NCBI GenBank assembly: GCA_034722055.1
Contig: JAYENL010000111.1
Span: 1 to 39,236 of the forward strand
Source of the DNA: Armatimonadota bacterium
GTDB taxonomy: Bacteria > Armatimonadota > Zipacnadia > Zipacnadales > UBA5352
Reading direction: 5' to 3'
DNA length: 39,236 bases
The notes beneath the pieces are model-generated. The model saw nothing but the letters and a program-made list of their open reading frames with translations. It made no database searches and was not told the origin of the DNA. Both the position numbers and the translations under genes were made by a program. Positions 17,028-24,861 of the stretch are shown here, piece by piece (position 1 is the stretch's first letter; each line of letters starts with the position of its first letter).

Positions 17028-20000
17028 TCATCGGCCCAGCCTCATCGTCCCCATCGCTTGACTCTTCTGGCCGCTCTCACCCTCAGCGGTCACCACCACC
17101 AGATACGTCCCGTTCGGCGCCCTCGTGCCAGTGCTGGTGCTGCGGTCCCACACGACCCTCTGCACTCCCGCCCTCTGCATCGAGCCGTCGATGACCGTGT
17201 CCACCACCCGGCCGGCGATGTTCAGCACACGCACCTGCACGCTCGCCGCCGCCGACAGCGTGTAGGTGATCTCCGCTCCCGCACCGGCCGCTCGCGCTGA
17301 CGGTGCCGATACCGCCACGCAGCCCCCATCATCGGCCAGCACGATCTCCAGCTCTCGCGCATCCGCCCTGGCAGCCAGCTCATAGCCCTGCACGGTGCGC
17401 ATGTACACCTCGTTACCCGCCGCGGGATCGACCAGCACCGGCCTCACGTCCGCCGGCAGCGATGACAGGTCCGGCCAGCGGACCTCGACCTGCTCACCGG
17501 CTGGCGCCATCACGCTCACCGTCCACGTGGTCCCCGCCGCCTCCGGCCGCACATCAACCGCATAGCTGCCCTCACCTGCAGCGGCGTAGACGCAACTACC
17601 CATCCCCGGAGGCGGGGGCTTGAGCATGTCCATGCCGGCATCAAAGCCCTCCGTGGCGCTGGGAGCACAGCCGATCCACGTCGATGCGTCCCGCATCCCC
17701 GCGCTGCTCACGACCACCGGGATCAGCCAGCCTCCCTCCGGGTTCGTCACTGCGGCCCGGCTGGCCTCCCCGTCATCGGCCAGCGTGTCAGTAAGCCGGT
17801 TGCCGAGGATATCCACGCCCTCGCTCACGTTCAGCCAGTAGCCCACGAAGGGCTCCGCCACCGCCGAGGTCTCGTAGGCCCCCAGCACGTAGGTGAACAG
17901 CGGGCTGCGTACCAGGCCCTCCGCCATCGCCTGCTGCATGGTGTAGACGATGCCGGTGCGGTCACGCACCTCCAGCGAGAAGAAGTCTATGGCGTCGGTG
18001 AAGAAGTCGCCGATCAGGTTCCACCCGGACTGCCCCGAATCCAGCGGCACCTGGTGCTGGTCACCGGCCTCGATGCCCTCCTGCGTCAGCTCCAGCGTCG
18101 CAGTGGGCTTCATCCAGTAGCCGCTCCCCAGTCGGAAGCGGTCCGCCGGCGTGGACGGGTAGATGTGATAGCGCCCGTCCCGCGGCTCCCAGGCCGCCAT
18201 CTTGAAGTTCGCCGCGTCCGCTCCCAGCAGCGCTGCGGGATCCGTGTTCGGGTAGTCGTAGGGCAGGGAGATAAGCTGCAGCCCCGCGGGGAACGTCCGG
18301 ATGCTGCTCACCGAGAAGTTGACCGCATCGGTCTCCTCGCCGCTGGTCACCGTCACGATCCGCCGCTGTGGCGAGACTGTGAAGCCCTGCGGATCCGGCT
18401 CCACCACGATCTGCCCGGTGGGCACGGCGTCGAATCGGTAGTTGTACGGTGCACCGGTCTGGGGTCTCGTCACCTCGGCCTCGCTGACCGCAGCATCAAT
18501 GATCTGCTCGTTGACCAGCAGGTGCACTGTGATGCCGCCCACCGGCTCACCGGTCAGCCCCCGCGAGATGAGCCCCGAGATGCTCCCCGGCGGCTCGCTC
18601 TGCAGCGGGATAGTCACTTCCTGTGTGGCAGCCGCCTCCACCTGCACTGGTTGAGGGTCCGAGCGCTGGAAGCCCGCCGCCGCCGCCTCCACCGAGTAGG
18701 TGCCCGGCTGCACCTCGATCCGCACCTGACCGGAATCGTCGGTCACACCCTGGCCCATCAGCGTGCCATCAGTAAGGATCTCCACCAGCGCGTTGGTGAT
18801 GGGATTGTCCTCGATATCGGTCACCGTGGCGATGACGGTCCCCGGCGCGGCGCCCAGCGCGAAGTCCAGGGTGGTCGTGTTGCCGCTGGTGACGGTCACC
18901 ACGGACTCCTCCGTGTCATACCCGAGGTGGCTCCCATCAGCCACCACGATCACCTCACCGACCGGGATGTCACCCAGCAGGTAGGTCCCGTCGGCGTCCG
19001 TGGTCGTGCAGGCGATCAGCTCACCGCGCTGCGGCCCTTCGTCCTCGTCTCCATCGCCGTTCTGGGCCGGCTCGGCCTGACTCTGCTGACCACCGTCTCC
19101 GTTCTCCTCCTCATCCTCCGGCTCCGGCTGGATCGCCTCGTAGGCGCACACCTCCACCGTCGCCAGCGGCTCACCGGTGGCCAGCGCCGTCACCGTCCCC
19201 CGGATCGCCCCGGGCGCCGCCCGCGTGATGGCGAAGTCGATCACCGGATAGGCGCCGCCCCCGTGCGCCTCCTCGTTATCCTGGTGGTCGATCTCGAACC
19301 CCGGCCGATGCGCCCGCAACGTGTACACGCCCGGTGCCAGCCCGCCCATGACGTAGCGCCCGTCCTCCTCGCACCGGACCGCGGCGATCACGTTCCCACC
19401 CTGTATGGCCTGAACCACCGGCGTGGGGTCGTTGATGGGCTGATTCCCGTCGCTGATGGACAGCACCCGGCCCTGGAAGCCCGCAGTTCGCAGGTGGCAG
19501 AGGCAGTTGTGCATCAGCTTCGACCGGAAGTTCAGACAGACGCCGTACTCCTGGGGGTCAACCACGTCGTAGGTTCGATGTGTCTGCTCGAATCCCCACG
19601 CGAAGTAGATGACCCTGTATCCGCCGCCGGGCTGCTCGTACCGCAGACCCGCGTTCCCCTCCGTCGAGTAGGTGTGTGTCACCGTGGCCCCCCCGACAGG
19701 TTCGATCACATCCGACCACAGCGTGTACTGCGCACAATCCTGTCTCCGGCACTCGTTGCTGATCTCGTGCACGCCAGTCTGCATAGTCAGGGGCGGGTAG
19801 GTGTAGAACGTCCAGCCCGGGTGCCGAGCCACCGGATCGCCGTCTACGCCGTTTACCTCCGGAGGCCAGTAGGCATCCGGCAGGCGGTCGTCCTGACCCA
19901 GGCTGACAACGATGAGGAAGCAGCCTCCGTCGGCTGAATCCTCAACATAGTTGGCGTGCAGGTAGTTCGTGTAGAAGTTGTTCTGCACCGTCCCGTCCAG

Positions 20001-22151
20001 AGTCAGCGCAAAGCCGATGTCCTGGCCCGACATCATGAGGCGCCCGCCCCGATCCAGGAAGGTCGCCAGGGTCGCCTGGGTCGATGCATCCACGAGGCTG
20101 CCGGGACCGGCCCACACATCGCCGGTATGCGGCGCGGCCCATACTACGCACCGGTTCGCCACCAGCACCTCCCGCAGGTCCTGCATGTCCGGCACTGACA
20201 ACTGGACCTCCGTCGCGGGCAGGTAGTAGATGAGGTCGTTCATCGTGATGGGACCGCGGCATATTACCCGCCACAGATCATAGCGCTCCCCCAGCACCCG
20301 CCTCGGCGGCCCGCTGACCCCGTCGATGAACGTGTTGTACGCCTCATTATCCGCCTCCTCTGAATCGCCGGGGTTGGTCGTGTAATAGCTCTCCACAGGG
20401 TAGACGGTCGGGAAGTCGTTGTTCTCCCAGCTGGCGTTCCAGATGAATCCCTGGCCCTCGCAGTAGTCGTCCACCAGCAGGACGTTGTACTGCGGCTGGA
20501 ACATCAGCGTGGTAAAGCCATAAACGTCGTCGTACTCGAAGGCGTTGCCGGCCACGTCCTGAACGACGATGTCGATGATGAAGTCGCTCGGCGACAGCGG
20601 CGTGGTCCACTTGCCGCTGAATATCCCGTCTCCCTCCACCGCATCGCCGTGCTCCGGATCACCATCATCGAACAGCTCGGCCTGCCCCGCCTCCCGGCAG
20701 TCCAGCTCCAACTGCCCGGTGCCCTCCACCGGCTCGATGGACCAGCTTGCGCCCGGGTAGGGGCCGAAGATCTTGTTCTCCCGGCCCTGGCTGTCGTCCA
20801 CCGCCGAATCGGGGTCCTTGAACTGCGCCACCACATGCGCCACGCCGCTGTCGCGGTCGAAGACCTCCACGTGCACGGTGACGTCATTGCCCGGCGTCAC
20901 CAGCCGCCGCCGCGCGTCCACATATGGAAGAGCCATGAGCTGGGGAGGCACCGGGTCGGAGACCTCAAACCGCCAGATGTCCGGCTCAGCGCCGGCTTGG
21001 TCAGGGCGCCACGAGGTGAAGAAGATGCGCACCGGAAGGCGGGGGTCCAATCCGGGGTTGAAGCACGGGTAGCGATCGTCGAAGGTATCCTCGGGATCGA
21101 GGTTGCTGCGAAGCTGCGCGTCTACGGCGTCCTCACCGGCCGGCACCACCGTCCAGATGTTATAGTCCAGGTCCGCGTCCATCGCCTCCGTGCGCCGGTT
21201 GGACGAGAAGGCGATGAGCTGGCCGTTATGCCGCCACGCCGGATCGCGGTCATTCGCCGCCGGGTCGCCGCCCCCGTTGGTCACCTGCTCCTCGTTGCCG
21301 CCATCGGGGTCAACCCGGAAGATCCGGCTTCCCATGCCCGTCCCGCTGCGCGTGAAGAGGATCGGCCCCCTGATGACCCCCACCGACCTCGTCCAGGCCG
21401 GCTGCGTCTCCTCCGCCGGCGTCTGAACTATGGGCTGGGGCGCCTCCGACCCGTCGGAGGGCATCACGAAGATGTCGCGGTTGCGGTTGAGGTCGCCGCT
21501 GAACGCAAACCGCAGACCGTCCGGTGACCATGTCGGATCGTGCTTGTTCCCCGGCCCGCTCGTGATCTGCCGAATAGTCCCCGTCAGCACCTCGACGGTG
21601 TAGATCTGCCAGGTGCCGCTGGAGTTGTTCGAGAACGCCACCAGGCGGCCGCCGGGACCGTACTCCGGATACAGCTCGTCCCCAGGCATCTGCGTCAGTT
21701 GCGTCACCAGCGAGCCGTCCGTACGCAGCAGCCACAGGTTGAAGTCATCGGCGGTAACGCCCGGATCGAACTCCCCATCCCCGTTCTCATCCACGCCGTT
21801 GCTGGAGATGACGATCCGGTTCAGTTCGCCCTGCGGCGCAGAGTTGGGGTACAGCTCCTCGCTCGCCGTGGCCGTCGGGGTCAGTTGCAGGTCCGGAATC
21901 GGTCCGGGGCCCGCCTGCGCCGTCCGCACCTCTCCCATCCGCTCGAATAGCCAGTCCGGCCGGGCCATGCCGATGTACCGCCGGCCACTGGGCAGACGCT
22001 GTCCCGTGGCGGAGTAGTGGTCGGCAATGGTACTGGAACCCGATTGTGTCCCACGTGGGGAGGCGTTGAGGGAGGTGAAACAGGTGCTCAGAATAATTGC
22101 GGCGGAAAAGCAGACGACCAGTGTCAGAAGGATGCGCCCCTTCTGCAACAC
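17028..22151 (-). CDS. Very large secreted multidomain protein: PD40/TolB-like propeller, choice-of-anchor X-like motif, GATase-like alpha/beta domain, ~4 carboxypeptidase-regulatory-like domains, shared C-terminal tail
   Basis: Repeated P-x-W-S-P-D-G-type blades (HDPTWSPDGLRFAFS); LFDDGDPEHGDAVEGDGIFSG; VLLVDDY...LDRGGRLMMSGQDIG; repeated G-x-I-x-G-x-V...DGTY motifs; tail with GWNLIGDFF, YMRT, NIAGR; ends RLGR. Likely start GTG 22151 or TTG 22148 after GGGGAG (ORF track start 22292). Confidence 0.8.
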   Translation of the reverse strand: MLQKGRILLTLVVCFSAAIILSTCFTSLNASPRGTQSGSSTIADHYSATGQRLPSGRRYIGMARPDWLFERMGEVRTAQAGPGPIPDLQLTPTATASEELYPNSAPQGELNRIVISSNGVDENGDGEFDPGVTADDFNLWLLRTDGSLVTQLTQMPGDELYPEYGPGGRLVAFSNNSSGTWQIYTVEVLTGTIRQITSGPGNKHDPTWSPDGLRFAFSGDLNRNRDIFVMPSDGSEAPQPIVQTPAEETQPAWTRSVGVIRGPILFTRSGTGMGSRIFRVDPDGGNEEQVTNGGGDPAANDRDPAWRHNGQLIAFSSNRRTEAMDADLDYNIWTVVPAGEDAVDAQLRSNLDPEDTFDDRYPCFNPGLDPRLPVRIFFTSWRPDQAGAEPDIWRFEVSDPVPPQLMALPYVDARRRLVTPGNDVTVHVEVFDRDSGVAHVVAQFKDPDSAVDDSQGRENKIFGPYPGASWSIEPVEGTGQLELDCREAGQAELFDDGDPEHGDAVEGDGIFSGKWTTPLSPSDFIIDIVVQDVAGNAFEYDDVYGFTTLMFQPQYNVLLVDDYCEGQGFIWNASWENNDFPTVYPVESYYTTNPGDSEEADNEAYNTFIDGVSGPPRRVLGERYDLWRVICRGPITMNDLIYYLPATEVQLSVPDMQDLREVLVANRCVVWAAPHTGDVWAGPGSLVDASTQATLATFLDRGGRLMMSGQDIGFALTLDGTVQNNFYTNYLHANYVEDSADGGCFLIVVSLGQDDRLPDAYWPPEVNGVDGDPVARHPGWTFYTYPPLTMQTGVHEISNECRRQDCAQYTLWSDVIEPVGGATVTHTYSTEGNAGLRYEQPGGGYRVIYFAWGFEQTHRTYDVVDPQEYGVCLNFRSKLMHNCLCHLRTAGFQGRVLSISDGNQPINDPTPVVQAIQGGNVIAAVRCEEDGRYVMGGLAPGVYTLRAHRPGFEIDHQDNEEAHGGGAYPVIDFAITRAAPGAIRGTVTALATGEPLATVEVCAYEAIQPEPEDEEENGDGGQQSQAEPAQNGDGDEDEGPQRGELIACTTTDADGTYLLGDIPVGEVIVVADGSHLGYDTEESVVTVTSGNTTTLDFALGAAPGTVIATVTDIEDNPITNALVEILTDGTLMGQGVTDDSGQVRIEVQPGTYSVEAAAAGFQRSDPQPVQVEAAATQEVTIPLQSEPPGSISGLISRGLTGEPVGGITVHLLVNEQIIDAAVSEAEVTRPQTGAPYNYRFDAVPTGQIVVEPDPQGFTVSPQRRIVTVTSGEETDAVNFSVSSIRTFPAGLQLISLPYDYPNTDPAALLGADAANFKMAAWEPRDGRYHIYPSTPADRFRLGSGYWMKPTATLELTQEGIEAGDQHQVPLDSGQSGWNLIGDFFTDAIDFFSLEVRDRTGIVYTMQQAMAEGLVRSPLFTYVLGAYETSAVAEPFVGYWLNVSEGVDILGNRLTDTLADDGEASRAAVTNPEGGWLIPVVVSSAGMRDASTWIGCAPSATEGFDAGMDMLKPPPPGMGSCVYAAAGEGSYAVDVRPEAAGTTWTVSVMAPAGEQVEVRWPDLSSLPADVRPVLVDPAAGNEVYMRTVQGYELAARADARELEIVLADDGGCVAVSAPSARAAGAGAEITYTLSAAASVQVRVLNIAGRVVDTVIDGSMQRAGVQRVVWDRSTSTGTRAPNGTYLVVVTAEGESGQKSQAMGTMRLGR

Positions 22152-22391
22152 AATCACTCCCCGGGCCTGCGGCTTCGACCCATTGGTAGCGGCAAGTGGT
22201 GCTACGCGCGCCCCGTGAGTATTCGTCTGGCTCCAAGCCTGTCCCGCCACGGCCAGGACCTGATGGCCCTGGCCCGTCCGCCGGCAGCGCACCCGGGGAC
22301 GCCGTCCGCCACGTTAAGGCTCTCGGAGGCGCCTCGTCCGCCTCCGTGTCCCGCGCCCGCATGGCCCGGCGGCAAGTAACGTTCGCGGCGG

Positions 22392-22421
22392 ATTATAGCA
22401 CACCCCACCGCCACAACGCAA
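22392..22421 (-). promoter_or_regulatory. Sigma70-type promoter for the secreted-protein cluster (TTGCGT-N18-TATAAT, TGTG extension)
   Basis: Minus strand reads TTGCGT tgtggcggtggggtgtgc TATAAT, a perfect -10 in GC-rich DNA, ~240 nt upstream of the first cluster gene. Confidence 0.75.
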
Positions 22422-22493
22422 GCTGCCACCGGTTAAGCCCCCGTGACGCCGCCAGCCCCTCCCATCGCCATGAACCCGGAGCCCGAATCCCTC

Positions 22494-23099
22494 TCATTCC
22501 AAGCGCTCAGTAAGCTCCCGCCACAGGCGCTGCGCCGCCCGGCGGGTATCGTCAATGCAGCAGTTCGTCGAGAGAACGTGGTGGGTACAGTGTTCCCCGA
22601 TTCCCATCCGTTCATGCAGCTTCACCAAGGTTTCGGCCCGCTCTCTGCCGATCCCGTCCCGGCGCATCAGGCGTCTGATACGTTCCTCCCGCGGCGCGGT
22701 GACCATCACGGTGACATCCACCAGCGCCAGCGCTCCCATCTCCACCAGGTTCGCGGCCTCGATCACCGTCACAGGCGTCGCGCCCACCCGGCGTATCTCG
22801 TCCACTAGTTCCCCCATTCGCGCCACCATCGCAGGATGGACGATCCACTCCAGTCGCCTCCGTGCCCCATCGTCATCAAGTATCGCTGCCCCCAGCGCCC
22901 GGCGGTCCAGCGATCCATCGGCCTTCAGGAACCCTCCGCCGAACTCCTCAACGACCTCAGCCAGCAGCTCGCTTCCGGGCTGCAGCAGCTCCCGCGACAC
23001 GTCATCGGCGCGGATCACTGCCGCCCCCAGCCGCTCCAGCTCCTCCGCGACCACTGACTTCCCCGAGGCGATCGGGCCGATGATGCCGACAACTACCAC
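22494..23099 (-). CDS. coaE: Dephospho-CoA kinase
   Basis: VVGIIGPIASGKS P-loop, ADDVSR, LDRRALG, LEWIVHP, RLMRRDG; follows polA-rpsA. Confidence 0.93.
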   Translation of the reverse strand: MVVVGIIGPIASGKSVVAEELERLGAAVIRADDVSRELLQPGSELLAEVVEEFGGGFLKADGSLDRRALGAAILDDDGARRRLEWIVHPAMVARMGELVDEIRRVGATPVTVIEAANLVEMGALALVDVTVMVTAPREERIRRLMRRDGIGRERAETLVKLHERMGIGEHCTHHVLSTNCCIDDTRRAAQRLWRELTERLE

Positions 23100-23141
23100 C
23101 GCAAGGCGCCTCCGAGGCCCATCCCCATCGTCGATGATTGC

Positions 23142-24746
23142 CTACTGCTGGTCGCCCTCGGCGTCGTCGGCCTCCGTCTCATCGCCCTCCTCGCCCGCCG
23201 CCTCCTCTGCGACCGACGCCTCTGGCACCCCTTCCTCGTCGCCCTCCTCGACGCCTCCCTCGGACTCCACAGTTTCTGCCTCGTCCGCGGAATCCTGCGC
23301 CGACTCCTCCTCGGATTCCTCAGGCGTCTCGGCAGCCTCAGCTTCGTCGGCAGCTTCAGGCTCGTCCGTGGCCTGGGCCTGGTCGGCGGCTTTGGCCTCT
23401 TCTGCAGCCTCGGCCTCTCCGGCCTCCGCCTCGCTGCCCACGTCCTCATCAAGCTCCGCCGCCACCGCGCCCAGCACGTCGGCGAACTGGTCGCCCAGTG
23501 TCGTTGGCGGCGTCTCCTGGTCGGCCATGTATTTCTGGTACTCCCGCCGCTCCTTCTCCTGGACGGCGGCCACCAGCGACAGAGTCATGCGCCGGGCCTG
23601 CGCCCGCAGCTTCAGAACCTTCAGGTCCAGCTCCTGGCCCTCCTCGATCACCTCTGAGGGGTTCTCAATGCGCCGCTCCGCCAGCTCGCCGACCGGCAGG
23701 AAGCCCTCCACCTCATAGTCGGGAAGCTCCACAAAGGCGCCGGTGCGCACGATCCGGCTGACCCGCCCGCTGACGGTGTTGCCGGGACGCAGCTTCTTGC
23801 CCACCTCTTTCCAGGGGTCGGGCAGAATCTGCCTGCGCCCCAGAGAGATCCGCTCCCGCTCCCGGTCGATGTCCAGAACCACCACCCGGAGCGTGTCACC
23901 GACACTGCACACGTCCGACGGGTGGTCCACACGCCCCCATGCCATCTCCGAGATGTGCAACAGCCCGTCCACGCCACCGAGGTCGATGAAGGCCCCATAC
24001 TCGGTGATATTGCGGACCTTCCCCTCGCAGACCAGACCCTCCTCGAGCTCGGCCATCGTCTCCTGCTTCCGCTTTCTCCGCTCCTCCTCCACCACCTCGC
24101 GGTGCGACAGCACGACCTTCTTGCGGTGGCGATCGGCCTCCAGAACCTTCAGCCGCAGCGAACGTCCCACGAAGCGGTCGAGGTTGCGAACGTTCCGCGT
24201 TGCCACGTGCGAGGCCGGCACGAAGCCCGGGACGCCCAGGTCTACCCGCAGTCCGCCCTTCACCCGGTCGGTGACCATGGCGTCCAGGATCTCCCCCGTC
24301 TCCAGCGCCCGCATCACGCGGTTCCACACCCGCTCGTAGTCCGCGCGCTTCTTCGACAGAACCGTCATCCCGTCATCGTCCCGCAGCTTCGCCACGGCCA
24401 CCTCGATCTCGTCATCTGCCTCAGGCAGCTCCGACCGGTCCAGGAATTCGTAGATGGGCACAACTCCCTCGGCCTTTCCGCCGATGTCCACCAGCACCCC
24501 GTCCTCCCTCACTGCCACCACGATACCGGTGAGGATGTCGCCCGGCCGCAGCTCCGCCGGCCCCACGTCGTCGAGATCCACGTCATCCATCGTCAGGATC
24601 TCGTCCTCGGCCTCAGGCTCCTCGGGCTCCTCTGCCTCCTGCGCCTCTGGGTCCGCCTGCTCCTCGAGTTCCTGCTTCTCGTCGGTCTGCGCCTCTTCGG
24701 ACGCCTGCTCCTCCTGGTCACTGTCCTCGAAATCCCAGGCACACAT
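23142..24746 (-). CDS. rpsA: 30S ribosomal protein S1, four S1 domains, long acidic N- and C-terminal extensions
   Basis: Four S1 repeats (VLVDIGGKAEG; GGLRVDLGVPGFVPASH; YGAFIDLGGVDGLLHISEMAW; TGAFVEL...EGFLP); RBS AAGGAGG. Confidence 0.92.
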   Translation of the reverse strand: MCAWDFEDSDQEEQASEEAQTDEKQELEEQADPEAQEAEEPEEPEAEDEILTMDDVDLDDVGPAELRPGDILTGIVVAVREDGVLVDIGGKAEGVVPIYEFLDRSELPEADDEIEVAVAKLRDDDGMTVLSKKRADYERVWNRVMRALETGEILDAMVTDRVKGGLRVDLGVPGFVPASHVATRNVRNLDRFVGRSLRLKVLEADRHRKKVVLSHREVVEEERRKRKQETMAELEEGLVCEGKVRNITEYGAFIDLGGVDGLLHISEMAWGRVDHPSDVCSVGDTLRVVVLDIDRERERISLGRRQILPDPWKEVGKKLRPGNTVSGRVSRIVRTGAFVELPDYEVEGFLPVGELAERRIENPSEVIEEGQELDLKVLKLRAQARRMTLSLVAAVQEKERREYQKYMADQETPPTTLGDQFADVLGAVAAELDEDVGSEAEAGEAEAAEEAKAADQAQATDEPEAADEAEAAETPEESEEESAQDSADEAETVESEGGVEEGDEEGVPEASVAEEAAGEEGDETEADDAEGDQQ

Positions 24747-24861
24747 CTGTGAGGTCCTCCTTCACGCGCCCCTCCGCGACACCGTCGCATCGGTGCGCGA
24801 GCAGTCCATACCCTGTCATTTCGACGTCATGGTCTCGATCGCGTATCCCGAACGTCCCACG

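Noticed and set aside
4244..22151. Calling the cluster a canonical T9SS, curli (csg), Tol-Pal or flagellar locus
   Set aside because: Only isolated shared folds (FlgD-Ig-like, CsgG-like, PD40, FlgT_C-like) are present; no recognisable PorK/L/M/N, SprA, CsgA/B, TolQ/R/A, Pal or flagellar structural genes.
22152..22391. Known riboswitch (c-di-GMP, TPP, cobalamin, SAM) in the cluster leader
   Set aside because: I could not find their conserved sequence cores by eye; retained only as an unclassified structured leader.
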